Shown here: piece after piece, positions 9,504-18,705 of the stretch | How positions within the stretch are numbered: the first letter of the stretch is position 1 | Layout of the letters: each line of letters begins with the position of its first letter | Origin: Pseudomonadota bacterium | GTDB taxonomy: Bacteria > Pseudomonadota > Gammaproteobacteria > Xanthomonadales > Xanthomonadaceae | Length of the DNA: 64,000 nt | Assembly: GCA_023388955.1 (NCBI GenBank) | Contig: JAEWFH010000025.1 | Span: 2,147-66,146, forward strand | Reading direction: 5' to 3' | The notes under the pieces: model-generated | Told to the model about the DNA's origin: nothing | Databases searched by the model: none | Seen by the model: only the letters and a program-made list of their open reading frames with translations | Position numbers and translations under genes: made by a program

Positions 9504-10496
9504 ATGGCATTGCCCCGGCTGGCGCTGGTCCCGGGTGAGCCGGCCGGCGTCGGGCCGGAGCTGTGCGTGCGGCTGGCCCACCGGGACAACCCCGCCGCGC
9601 TGGTGGCCCTGGCCGATCCGGCGGTCCTGCTGGATGCAGCCGGCCGCCTCGGCCTGCCACTGGAGCTGCTGCCTCCCGAAGCCGCGGCCAGTGTGCGTCC
9701 CGGACAGCTGGCCCTGCAGCCCGTGCTCGCCGCCGCCGCGGCCGACCCGGGCCACCCCGACCCGGCCAATGCGCCCTCGGTGATCGACGCGCTGCTGCTG
9801 GGCGCGACCGGCTGTCTGGCGGGCGACTACGATGGCCTGGTCACCGGTCCGGTGCACAAGGCCGTGGTCAACCAGGCCGGCATTCCCTACACCGGCACCA
9901 CCGGCCTGCTGGCCGGGCACGCCGGTTGCGAGGTGGTCATGATGCTGGCCAACCCCGGCCTGCGCGTGGCCCTGGTCACCACCCACCTGCCCTTGCGCGA
10001 GGTCGCCGACGCGGTGACCGCCGATGCCGTGGAACGCACCCTGCGGCTGTTGCACGCAGCGCTGCGCAGGGATTTTGCGATCGACCGGCCGCGCATCGCG
10101 GTGCTGGGGCTGAACCCGCACGCGGGCGAACAGGGCCACCTCGGCCACGAGGAAATCGAGGTGATCATCCCGGTGCTGGAAGCACTGCGCGCCCAGGGCA
10201 TGGACCTGCAGGGGCCGCTTCCGGCCGATACCGCCTTCCTGCCCGCCCTGCTGCCCGGCTTCGACGCAGTGCTGGCCATGTACCACGACCAGGGCCTGCC
10301 GGTGCTCAAGCACAGCGGCTTCGAGCAGGCGGTGAACCTGACCCTCGGGCTGCCCTACCCCCGCGTCGCGGTCGACCACGGCACCGCGCTGGACCTGGCC
10401 GGGCGCGGCCTTGCCGACCCCTCGAGCCTGTTCGCCGCAGTCGATGCCTGCGCGGCAATGGCACGCGCCCGTCGCGAACGCGGAGCACGCGCATGA
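9504..10496 (+). CDS. pdxA: 4-hydroxythreonine-4-phosphate dehydrogenase PdxA
   Basis: GEPAGVGPE, TGPVHK, LNPHAGE, PADTAF, AMYHDQGL, VDHGTALD. Confidence 0.95.
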   Translation: MALPRLALVPGEPAGVGPELCVRLAHRDNPAALVALADPAVLLDAAGRLGLPLELLPPEAAASVRPGQLALQPVLAAAAADPGHPDPANAPSVIDALLLGATGCLAGDYDGLVTGPVHKAVVNQAGIPYTGTTGLLAGHAGCEVVMMLANPGLRVALVTTHLPLREVADAVTADAVERTLRLLHAALRRDFAIDRPRIAVLGLNPHAGEQGHLGHEEIEVIIPVLEALRAQGMDLQGPLPADTAFLPALLPGFDAVLAMYHDQGLPVLKHSGFEQAVNLTLGLPYPRVAVDHGTALDLAGRGLADPSSLFAAVDACAAMARARRERGARA

Positions 10497-11326
10497 ATCC
10501 CGGTGGCTTCAGCGAGCCGGCCAAGAAGCATCTCGGCCAGCACTTCCTGCACGACGGGCGGGTGATCGGGAAGATCGTCGACGCGGTCAACCCCAGGCCC
10601 GGCGAGGCCCTGGTGGAGATCGGGCCCGGACAGGGCGCGATCACCTTCCCCCTGCTGCGCCGCCATGGCGAGCTGACCGTGGTCGAGTTCGACCGCGACC
10701 TGATTGCCCCGCTCACCGCCGCAGCGGAAGGCGTGGGAACACTGCGGATCCTCCACCGCGACGTGCTGTCGGTGGACTTCACCGCACTGGCGCAGGGGCT
10801 GGCCGTCGACGGCCCCGGATGCATCCGGCTGGTGGGCAACCTGCCCTACAACCTGTCTTCCCCGATCCTGTTCCACGCACTGGACCACGCCGCGGCGATC
10901 ACCGATATGGTCTTCATGCTGCAGAAGGAAGTGGTCGACCGCATGGCCGCGGGACCGGGCAGCAAGGTCTACGGGCGGCTGGGGGTGATGCTGCAGGCAT
11001 TCTGCACGGTGACGCCGCTGTTCACCGTCCCCCCGGGCGCGTTCCGGCCACCCCCGAAGGTCGACTCCGCCGTGGTGCGGCTGGTCCCACTGCCGCCGGA
11101 ACAGATCGCGGTGGAGGACCGCGCCCTGTTTGCCCAGGTGGTCCGCGAAGCCTTCGGCCAGCGCCGCAAGACGCTGCGCAATGCCCTTTCCGCCACCTGC
11201 GGGGCGGACGCCATCGAGGCTGCCGGGCTCTCCCCGCAGGCGCGTGCCGAGCAGGTACCGGTGGAGGGATTCATCGGCCTTGCCAATCTCCTGGCGCGCC
11301 AGCGCGGGGCGAAGGAACAGGACTGA
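10493..11326 (+). CDS. rsmA: 16S rRNA m6,2A dimethyltransferase RsmA (KsgA)
   Basis: AKKHLGQHFL, EIGPGQG, GNLPYN, MLQKEV, FRPPPKVDSAVV, QRRKTLRN. Confidence 0.96.
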   Translation: MNPGGFSEPAKKHLGQHFLHDGRVIGKIVDAVNPRPGEALVEIGPGQGAITFPLLRRHGELTVVEFDRDLIAPLTAAAEGVGTLRILHRDVLSVDFTALAQGLAVDGPGCIRLVGNLPYNLSSPILFHALDHAAAITDMVFMLQKEVVDRMAAGPGSKVYGRLGVMLQAFCTVTPLFTVPPGAFRPPPKVDSAVVRLVPLPPEQIAVEDRALFAQVVREAFGQRRKTLRNALSATCGADAIEAAGLSPQARAEQVPVEGFIGLANLLARQRGAKEQD

Positions 11327-11452
11327 GGGTTCCGGAGCACGAAGCATGCCGCCGCATGCGCCGCGCCGCTCCCGGTTCATTACACTGGCCACCATGCACG
11401 CCTGCTCCCTCCATCCAACACGCCCTGCCCACTGCCGCGGAGTACTTGGCTG

Positions 11453-12424
11453 ATGGCCGTCTGGGCCATCGGTGACCTGCAGGGCTGTTACGACACCACC
11501 CAGCGGTTGCTCGAGAAGATCCGCTTCGACCCCGCGGCAGACCGGCTGTGGTTCTGCGGCGACCTGGTCAACCGCGGCGGGCAGTCACTGGAGACCCTGC
11601 GCCTGGTGCACTCGCTGCGCGGGCATTCCACGGTGGTGCTCGGCAACCACGACCTGTCGCTGCTTGCCATCGGCGAGCGGCGCGAGGAAGAAAAACGCAA
11701 GGTCAATCCGGACCTGCAGCGGGTGGTGCTGGCGGACGATGCCGGTGAGCTGCTGGGCTGGCTGCGCGGGCAGGAACTCATCCACGTCGACCGCGAGCTG
11801 GGCTGGCTGATGGTGCACGCGGGCCTGGCCCCCAAGTGGACGACGCAGCTCGCCCGCAAGCATGCAGCGGAAGTGGAGGCGGTCCTGCGCGGACCCGAAT
11901 ACGCCAGGCTGCTGCGCAACATGTACGGCGACGGTCCGGCGTGGAATCCGCGCCTGCAGGGCAACGACCGCTACCGTTCGATCATCAACGTCTGCACCCG
12001 CATGCGCTACTGCTCGCCGCGGGGGCGGGTCTCGTTCGAGGACAAGGGTGCGCCGGGCACCCAGCCGCCGGGGCTGTACCCGTGGTTCTCGGTCCCGGGC
12101 CGGGTCGAGCGCGAGCTGAAGGTGGTCTGCGGCCACTGGTCGACACTGGGGCTGCACATCAGCGGCGGCGTGCATGCCATCGACACCGGTGCGGTCTGGG
12201 GCGGCAAGCTCACCGCACTGCGCCTGGACGGCGAGGACCTGCAGGTGGTGCAGGTCGCCGGGCGCGACGTACCCGCCACGCCCCCGCGTCCGCGCCCGCC
12301 GCGCCAGGACGGCCCACGCCAGGACGGCCAGCGCCAGGGCAACCGCCGCCGGCGCGGCCAGGGCAACCGGGGCCAGGCCGGCAAGGGCGCCGGCCAGACA
12401 CCGTCTCCGTCACCGGCGAGCTAG
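11453..12424 (+). CDS. apaH: Symmetrical bis(5'-nucleosyl)-tetraphosphatase ApaH
   Basis: IGDLQGC, GDLVNRG, LGNHD, VHAG, TRMRYC, GHWS, IDTGAVWGG; Arg/Gln/Gly-rich C-terminal tail. Confidence 0.95.
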   Translation: MAVWAIGDLQGCYDTTQRLLEKIRFDPAADRLWFCGDLVNRGGQSLETLRLVHSLRGHSTVVLGNHDLSLLAIGERREEEKRKVNPDLQRVVLADDAGELLGWLRGQELIHVDRELGWLMVHAGLAPKWTTQLARKHAAEVEAVLRGPEYARLLRNMYGDGPAWNPRLQGNDRYRSIINVCTRMRYCSPRGRVSFEDKGAPGTQPPGLYPWFSVPGRVERELKVVCGHWSTLGLHISGGVHAIDTGAVWGGKLTALRLDGEDLQVVQVAGRDVPATPPRPRPPRQDGPRQDGQRQGNRRRRGQGNRGQAGKGAGQTPSPSPAS

Positions 12425-12927
12425 CGCCGGCGGTAGTCGACGAACTCGAACGCGTGCGCGTGCCGCGCGTCGGCGGGATGCGGCTCGCGACCGCCCACCT
12501 GCCACTGCGCCGGATCGAACCGGGGGAAGAAGACGTCCGCGTCCGCGACCGCGGCATCGACGTGGGTCAGGTGCATGCGCGTGGCGCGCGGCAGGCACAG
12601 CGCATAGACCTCGCCGCCACCGATCACCCACAGTTCCTTCGCACCCTCGGCGCTTGCCGCCTGCAGCGCCTGCTCCACCGAGGCCACCGGCTCCATCCCC
12701 GCGAAGGGCACCTGCCCGCTGCGGGTCAGCACCAGGTTGCGCCGCCCCGGCAGCGCGCGCCCCAGCGACTGCGCGGTACGCCGTCCCATCAGCAACGGCT
12801 TGCCCATGGTGAGCGCCTTGAATCGGGCCAGGTCGTCCGGCAGTCGCCATGGCAGGTCGTTGTCGCGACCGATCGCATGGTTGCGGTCCAGCGCCGCCAG
12901 CAGCACCAGTTCCGGCGCGGCGCTCAC
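12421..12927 (-). CDS. folA: Dihydrofolate reductase
   Basis: GTG start overlaps the thyA stop; [48 protein letters not shown]. Confidence 0.95.
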   Translation of the reverse strand: MSAAPELVLLAALDRNHAIGRDNDLPWRLPDDLARFKALTMGKPLLMGRRTAQSLGRALPGRRNLVLTRSGQVPFAGMEPVASVEQALQAASAEGAKELWVIGGGEVYALCLPRATRMHLTHVDAAVADADVFFPRFDPAQWQVGGREPHPADARHAHAFEFVDYRRR

Positions 12928-13718
12928 ACCGCCACCGGGGCCCGGATCGCCGGGGCCGGGTCGTAGCCTTCGATGGCGATGTCCTCGAAGCGGAAGCCCA
13001 GGATGTCGCGCACCTGCGGGTTGAGCACCAGGCGCGGCAACGCGCGCGGGGTACGCGAGAGTTGCTCGCGCGCCTGCTCCACGTGGTTGGAGTACAGGTG
13101 CGCATCGCCCAGGGTATGGATGAACTCGCCCGGCTGCAGGCCGCACACGTGCGCCACCATGTGGGTCAGCAGCGCGTAGCTGGCGATGTTGAACGGCACG
13201 CCCAGGAAGATGTCGCCGCTGCGCTGGTACAGCTGGCAGCTCAGCCTTCCGTCGGCGACGTAGAACTGGAACATCACGTGGCAGGGCATCAGCGCCATGT
13301 CCGGCAGGTCGGCCACGTTCCAGGCCGAGACCACCAGCCGGCGCGAATCCGGGTTGCTGCGGATCTGCCCGATCACCTGGTGGATCTGGTCGATCTCGCT
13401 GCCGTCCGGACGCTGCCAGCGTCGCCACTGCTTGCCGTACACCGGCCCCAGCTCGCCGTCGGCGCTTGCCCATTCGTCCCAGATCGAGACGCCGTTGTCC
13501 TTCAGGTAGCCGATGTTGGTATCGCCCTGCAGGAACCACAGCAGCTCGTGGATGATCGAGCGCAGGTGCAGTTTCTTGGTGGTGACCAGCGGAAAGCCCT
13601 CCGCCAGGTCGAAGCGCATCTGCCAGCCGAACACGCTGCGCGTGCCGGTCCCGGTCCGGTCCTGCTTGACCGTGCCGTGCTCGAGCACGTGCCCGAGCAG
13701 CTCAAGGTACTGCTGCAT
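12924..13718 (-). CDS. thyA: Thymidylate synthase
   Basis: [46 protein letters not shown]. Confidence 0.97.
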   Translation of the reverse strand: MQQYLELLGHVLEHGTVKQDRTGTGTRSVFGWQMRFDLAEGFPLVTTKKLHLRSIIHELLWFLQGDTNIGYLKDNGVSIWDEWASADGELGPVYGKQWRRWQRPDGSEIDQIHQVIGQIRSNPDSRRLVVSAWNVADLPDMALMPCHVMFQFYVADGRLSCQLYQRSGDIFLGVPFNIASYALLTHMVAHVCGLQPGEFIHTLGDAHLYSNHVEQAREQLSRTPRALPRLVLNPQVRDILGFRFEDIAIEGYDPAPAIRAPVAV

Positions 13719-13721
13719 CCG

Positions 13722-14600
13722 TCATTCCCCCCGTGGCGCCGGCGCGAGCACCGGCTGGCGCCGGGACCACCAGCCCATCCAGGCCAGTCCCAATACGATC
13801 AGCGGCAGGCTGAGCACCTGCCCCATGGTCAGCCAGCCGAAGGCCAGGTAGCCAAGTTGGGCGTCCGGTACCCGCACGAACTCGACCAGGAACCGGAAGC
13901 ACCCGTACAGCAGCGCGAACAGGCCCGCCACCGCGTAACGGGGTCGCGGCTTGCGCGAGTACCACCACAACACGCAGAACATCACCAGTCCCTCCAGCGC
14001 GGCCTGGTACAGCTGCGAAGGGTGGCGGGCGAACGGGTCCAGCGCGCCGGACGCGTGCAGCTGGCGCAGCTGCTCCATCGGCAGGCCGGTATAGGGCCCC
14101 AGGTCGGAGGCGGGAAACACCACGCCCCAGTTGCTTCCGGTGAACCGTCCCCACAACTCGCCGCCGATGTAGTTGCCCAGCCGCCCCAGCCCCAGGCCCG
14201 GTGGCACCAGCGGGGCGACGAAATCGACCGTGTCCATCAGGTGCAGTCCGTGCTTGCGCGACCACCACCATGCGGCCGCCACCACCCCCAGCAGGCCACC
14301 GTGGAAGCTCATGCCGCCTTCCCACACCTTGAACAGGCTCAGCGGACTGGCCAGGAAACCATCGAAGGCATAGAACAGCACGTAGCCGATCCGCCCCCCC
14401 AGGATCACGCCCAGGATCCCGTAGAACAGCAGGTCGCCGAAGGCTTCCTCGTTGACGCCCGGCAGCCGCCCGGCGCGGATCCGCCGCCGCCCCAGCCACC
14501 AGGCGATACCAAAGCCCAGCAGGTACATGACCCCGTACCAGTGCACGCGCACCGGTCCAAGTCCCAGTGCGATCGGGTCGATATCATGGAGGTGGATCAT
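13722..14600 (-). CDS. lgt: Prolipoprotein diacylglyceryl transferase
   Basis: [57 protein letters not shown]. Confidence 0.96.
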   Translation of the reverse strand: MIHLHDIDPIALGLGPVRVHWYGVMYLLGFGIAWWLGRRRIRAGRLPGVNEEAFGDLLFYGILGVILGGRIGYVLFYAFDGFLASPLSLFKVWEGGMSFHGGLLGVVAAAWWWSRKHGLHLMDTVDFVAPLVPPGLGLGRLGNYIGGELWGRFTGSNWGVVFPASDLGPYTGLPMEQLRQLHASGALDPFARHPSQLYQAALEGLVMFCVLWWYSRKPRPRYAVAGLFALLYGCFRFLVEFVRVPDAQLGYLAFGWLTMGQVLSLPLIVLGLAWMGWWSRRQPVLAPAPRGE

Positions 14601-14604
14601 GCGC

Positions 14605-15093
14605 TCACAGGAAGTGGGGGCGATTGGGCAGCTCGTCTGCGTCGTGCTCGCCTTCGCGCTGCGGGAAATGGCGCTGCATCTGCGCGGAGATGAGCTCCAC
14701 GGCACGCAGGACGCCGGCTTTGGGCTGGCCCTCGCGCAACCCGGCGGCAATGGTGTCACATGCCTCGCGCCACTGGGCGTCCGTCACCAGTCCCCGGTAG
14801 CCGCGGTCGGCGACGATCTCGATGTGGTGGTCCGCCAGCAGCAGGTAGACCAGCACGCCGGAGTTGAGCTCGGTGTCCCATACGCCCAGCTCGCCGAAGG
14901 CCTGCCGGGCGCGGGTTGCCGAATCCACCCCGGACAGCACGGCGCGCGCCGGCAGCGAGGCCTCCACGGCGAAGCAGATCTCGCCGCGATGGCTGCGCTC
15001 GGCGGCGGCGATCGCCGCGGTGATTTCCTTCAGGCACGCCTCCGGGAACAGCGTGCGCGCGGACGGGGCGAACAGGTGCTTGAGCAGGCGCAT
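14605..15093 (-). CDS. TPM-domain protein (short type)
   Basis: [52 protein letters not shown]. Confidence 0.85.
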   Translation of the reverse strand: MRLLKHLFAPSARTLFPEACLKEITAAIAAAERSHRGEICFAVEASLPARAVLSGVDSATRARQAFGELGVWDTELNSGVLVYLLLADHHIEIVADRGYRGLVTDAQWREACDTIAAGLREGQPKAGVLRAVELISAQMQRHFPQREGEHDADELPNRPHFL

Positions 15094-15100
15094 CAGGTCC

Positions 15101-16066
15101 TCACCAGCTGCCGGAGGCGCCACCGCCCCCGCTGAATCCACCGCCGCCACCCCAGCCACCACCACCGCCGAAGCCGCCGCCCCCGAAACCGCCACCACCG
15201 CCCCAGCCCCCGCCGCCGAACGGCGGGCCACCCCAGCCGCGGTCGTTGGCGTAGCGGCCCGGCCGGGCCAGGCTCGCCAGGCCGAACAGCAGGCCGATGA
15301 CCGCACCGATCCCGGCCACCACCAGCAGCCCGGAAAGCAGCAGCGCGGCACCGCCTGCGGCACCGGCGCCGATCACCCCGCGCAGCGGCCGCGGCGCGCG
15401 CGAGAACACCCCGCGTACCACCTGGGCGACGATGAAGGCCGCGAACAGCCCCACCAGCCAGCCGCCGCCGCCCTGCCCTTCCTGCGGATGGGCGGTCATC
15501 GGCTCGGGCAGCGGTTCGCCATCGACCAGCGCGACCAGCACCCCGGTCGCCTCGACGATGCCGCCGGCAAAGTCGCCGGCACGGAAGCGCGGCACCAGGT
15601 ACTCCTGGATCACCCGCGAGGCCGTGGCATCGGGGATCGCCCCCTCCAGCCCATAGCCGACCTCGATGCGGACCCGGCGATCGTCAACGGCAACCACCAG
15701 CAGCAGTCCGTCGTCCACGTCCTCGCGCCCGAGCCGCCACTGGTCGTACACCCGCACCGCGTACTGGGCGATGTCCTCGGGGAGCGTGGTGGGCACCACC
15801 AGCACCTGCAGCTGGCTGCCCTTGCGCTGCTGCAGCGCCAGCGCCTGCTGCTGCAGCTGCCGGACGGTGGCGGCATCCAGGGTGCCGGTGGTGTCGACCA
15901 CCGGGGAGTCGAGCGCCGGTACCGGCGCAAGCTCCTGCCCGGCTGCCAGCAGCGGTGCCAGCAGGGCGAACGCCAGGAGCACGAACGGCGCGAGCAGCCG
16001 TGCAGCATGCGGCTGCCACGACCGACGCCGCGCCATGGCAACCGCCCGCGGGCGCGGATCAGCCAT
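15101..16066 (-). CDS. TPM-domain membrane protein (YgcG-like) with Gly-rich C-terminus
   Basis: VVDTTGTL, DDGLLLVVA, RIEVGYGLEGAIPD, TM segments, ends GGGGFSGGGGASGSW. Start uncertain (16066 or 16036). Confidence 0.88.
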   Translation of the reverse strand: MADPRPRAVAMARRRSWQPHAARLLAPFVLLAFALLAPLLAAGQELAPVPALDSPVVDTTGTLDAATVRQLQQQALALQQRKGSQLQVLVVPTTLPEDIAQYAVRVYDQWRLGREDVDDGLLLVVAVDDRRVRIEVGYGLEGAIPDATASRVIQEYLVPRFRAGDFAGGIVEATGVLVALVDGEPLPEPMTAHPQEGQGGGGWLVGLFAAFIVAQVVRGVFSRAPRPLRGVIGAGAAGGAALLLSGLLVVAGIGAVIGLLFGLASLARPGRYANDRGWGGPPFGGGGWGGGGGFGGGGFGGGGGWGGGGGFSGGGGASGSW

Positions 16067-16658
16067 CCGTCGGCGTGGCGCCGGACGGGCGGGCGAAGTC
16101 CACCTGCGGGGCCTGCTGGATCTGCTGCAGGTTGTCGACGGTGAAGTTCGGCCTGGTTTCGTGCCCGAACAGCTTCGCCGTCAGGTTCTGCGGGAACTGG
16201 CGGATGTAGGTGTTGTAGTCCTGCACCGCGGCGATGTAGCGCTGGCGCTCCACTGTGATGCGGTTCTCGGTGCCTTCCAGCTGCGCCTGCAGCTGCAGGA
16301 AGTTCTGGTCGGCCTTGAGCTGGGGATAGTTCTCCGCCACCAGCAGCAGCCGGCCGATCGCGCTCTGCAGCTGGCCCTGGGCCTGCTGGAACTGCTCCAG
16401 CGAGGCCTGGTCCCCGGCGTCGACATTGATGCTGCCCACCCGCGAGCGCGCCTCGGTGACCTCGGTGAACACCTGGCGCTCGTGCTCGGCGTAGCCACGC
16501 ACCGTGGCCACCAGGTTGGGCACCAGGTCGGCGCGGCGCTGGTAGACGTTGATGACCTGCGACCAGGCCGCGTCCACCGCTTCGTCCTTCTGCTGGATGG
16601 TGTTGTAGCCACAGCCGCTCAGAAGCAGCACCAGTACCAACACGATCAGGCGGCTCAT
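16059..16658 (-). CDS. LemA family lipoprotein
   Basis: Lipobox LSGC followed by GYN, YQRRADLVPNLV, ENYPQLKA, LEGTENRI. Confidence 0.92.
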   Translation of the reverse strand: MSRLIVLVLVLLLSGCGYNTIQQKDEAVDAAWSQVINVYQRRADLVPNLVATVRGYAEHERQVFTEVTEARSRVGSINVDAGDQASLEQFQQAQGQLQSAIGRLLLVAENYPQLKADQNFLQLQAQLEGTENRITVERQRYIAAVQDYNTYIRQFPQNLTAKLFGHETRPNFTVDNLQQIQQAPQVDFARPSGATPTDG

Positions 16659-16716
16659 GCGATCACTCCCTCCGGGTTCCGGTGGCATTGCACCACCGGG
16701 ACCGCGAAGGCGCAAT

Positions 16717-17463
16717 TCACGCCTCGCCGCCGGGGAACTGGCGCGGCACGCCGGAGCGCTTCTTCGCCCACAGGTTCAGGAACTCGACCAGCGCCGAGAA
16801 GCCCATCGCACCGTAGATGTAGCCCTTCGGCACGTGCATCTCGAAGCCCTCGGTGACCAGGTACACGCCGATCAGCACGATGAAGGCCAGGGCCAGCATC
16901 TTCACCGTCGGGTTGCGGTCGATGAACTGGCCCAGCGGACGCGCCGCCAGCAGCATCATGGACACGGCCAGCAGGATCGCGGTGACCATGATCCAGGTCT
17001 GCTCCGCCATGCCGACGGCGGCGATGACCGAGTCCAGCGAGAACACGATGTCGATCACCGCGATCTGCGCCATCACCATGCCGAACGAGGCGGCCGGCCG
17101 GGTGTTGATGTCGGCCGACTCGGGCTCGCCCACGATGCTGTCGCGGATTTCCATCATGCCCTTCACCAGCAGGAAGGCACCGCCCAGGATCAGCACCAGG
17201 TCGCGGATCGAGATCCCCTGGCCCAGCAGCGTGAACAGGTCATGGGTCAGCCCGGCCAGCCAGGCCAGGGTCAGCAGCAGCAGGATGCGCGAGATGCAGG
17301 CGACTGCGATGCCGATCTTGCGCGCCCGCTCGCGCACGGCCACCGGCAGGCGGCTGACGGCGATCGAGATGAAGACCAGGTTGTCGATTCCCAGCACGAT
17401 CTCGATCGCGCTCAGGGTGAGCAGGGTGATCCAGACTTCCGGATCCATCAGCATTTCGTACAC
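16717..17463 (-). CDS. TerC family integral membrane protein
   Basis: EIVLGIDNLVFI, DIVFSLDSVI, PKGYIYGAMGFS. Start GTG 17463 or ATG 17454. Confidence 0.92.
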   Translation of the reverse strand: MYEMLMDPEVWITLLTLSAIEIVLGIDNLVFISIAVSRLPVAVRERARKIGIAVACISRILLLLTLAWLAGLTHDLFTLLGQGISIRDLVLILGGAFLLVKGMMEIRDSIVGEPESADINTRPAASFGMVMAQIAVIDIVFSLDSVIAAVGMAEQTWIMVTAILLAVSMMLLAARPLGQFIDRNPTVKMLALAFIVLIGVYLVTEGFEMHVPKGYIYGAMGFSALVEFLNLWAKKRSGVPRQFPGGEA

Positions 17464-17506
17464 GGGCGTTTCCGATTCGGGTGTAGGGGGTGTTGGCCGG
17501 TGGCGG

Positions 17507-17899
17507 TCAGCCGCCTGCGGCGGACAGGCGCGGCCACAGCACCACGCCCCAGGTGAACAGCACCAGGAGCATGGAAAGGAAGACGGCGGCCGAGCCCATG
17601 TCCTTGGCGCGGCCGGCCAGTTCGTGGTGCTCGGCGCCGTAGCGCTCGATCACCGCCTCGATGGCGGAGTTCAGCAGCTCGACCACCAGCACCAGCACCA
17701 TCGGGGCGACCAGCAGCACGCGCTCCACGGCGTTCCCGCCCAGCCACCAGGCCAGCGGCGCCAGGATGACGAACAGGTAGGCCTCCAGCCGGAACGAGGA
17801 CTCGTGGTACCAGGCCGCGGCGAGGCCCTGCAGCGACCAGACGGCCGCCTTGAACACGCGCGCGGGCCGCCGGGGCAGGTGGCCGGTCTCGTCCGCCAT
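17507..17899 (-). CDS. dgkA: Diacylglycerol kinase DgkA
   Basis: 130 aa; SLQGL...ESSFRLE, ELLNSAIEAVIE, GRAKDMGSAAV. Confidence 0.93.
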   Translation of the reverse strand: MADETGHLPRRPARVFKAAVWSLQGLAAAWYHESSFRLEAYLFVILAPLAWWLGGNAVERVLLVAPMVLVLVVELLNSAIEAVIERYGAEHHELAGRAKDMGSAAVFLSMLLVLFTWGVVLWPRLSAAGG

Positions 17900-18088
17900 C
17901 GGCTCAGCGCGGCCGCACGCAGGCGGAGCTGGAACGGTGATGCTTGGCAATGCGGGACATGCTGGTGGGACCGGATGCTGCACGCAAGCGGACAATTCTG
18001 CCACAGCCGGCACCCCGGCGCCGGCTGTTCACTTCACCAGCCCTGCCGGCATGCAAGCATGGCCCGGGCTACCCCCAGGGACGCCGCC

Positions 18089-18631
18089 ATGCCACGCATT
18101 GCTATCCTCGGGCTCCTTGCCAGCCTGACCGCCGGAGCCGCCATGTCCGCCACCTTCCCCCAAGCCGCGCCCACGGCCCTGCACGCCGGCGACGAGGGCT
18201 ACCCGGAGCTGCTCGATGCAGCCACCGCCCCGCTGCGCCAGGTACTGGGCGACCGGGTCGTGGTCGAGGTGGAACGGCTGGACTGCCTGGGACGATGGGC
18301 CTTCCTGATGGGGAACATGCGCACGCCCGGCGGCGAACGCCCGGATTTCCGCGGCACCGCCTACGCGGCGCATGCGGCCGCGGGCAGCATGTCGGATGTG
18401 TATGTCGCGCTGTTGCGTCGTGATCCGCCCGGCGGAGCGGCTGCGGCACAGGACGAAAGCGAAACCAAGGGCGACGGCGAGGCGCACCCCCCCGGAGAAG
18501 TGGAAGCGGCCGACTGCCTTGCCCTTCCCGGCCAATGGGTACTGCTCGACCACGCCATCGGACCCGGCGACGTGGCCTGGCTGGACTGGCCGGGCGAACA
18601 CGCCGCGCCGCGTGCGGTATTCGGCTTCTGA
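18089..18631 (+). CDS. Exported protein of unknown function (candidate immunity/inhibitor protein)
   Basis: 180 aa with N-terminal signal peptide (MPRIAILGLLASLTAGAA); protein-like blocks RWAFLMG, YVALLRR, W..LDHAIGPGDVAWLDW...APRAVFGF; followed by a terminator. Confidence 0.75.
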   Translation: MPRIAILGLLASLTAGAAMSATFPQAAPTALHAGDEGYPELLDAATAPLRQVLGDRVVVEVERLDCLGRWAFLMGNMRTPGGERPDFRGTAYAAHAAAGSMSDVYVALLRRDPPGGAAAAQDESETKGDGEAHPPGEVEAADCLALPGQWVLLDHAIGPGDVAWLDWPGEHAAPRAVFGF

Positions 18632-18660
18632 GCCATCCCGCCGCCTGCTGCTTCGACACG

Positions 18661-18688
18661 AAAAAGGCCGGGGGAACCCGGCCTTCTT
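18661..18688. terminator. Bidirectional intrinsic terminator
   Basis: AAAAAGGCCGGG-GGAA-CCCGGCCTTCTT between convergent genes ending at 18631 and 18706. Confidence 0.85.
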
Positions 18689-18705
18689 CATGTCCCGCCC
18701 CGCGC

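Noticed and set aside
15101..15250. GGC/GGT-rich repeat
   Set aside because: Standard Gly-rich C-terminus of TPM/YgcG proteins.
18060..18080. Minus-strand GGGGGTAGCC resembling the start of a yybP-ykoY riboswitch upstream of dgkA-terC
   Set aside because: The downstream conserved elements (ACA loop, GAGAC) are not visible, and it lies upstream of the likely CAGAAT -10 element.
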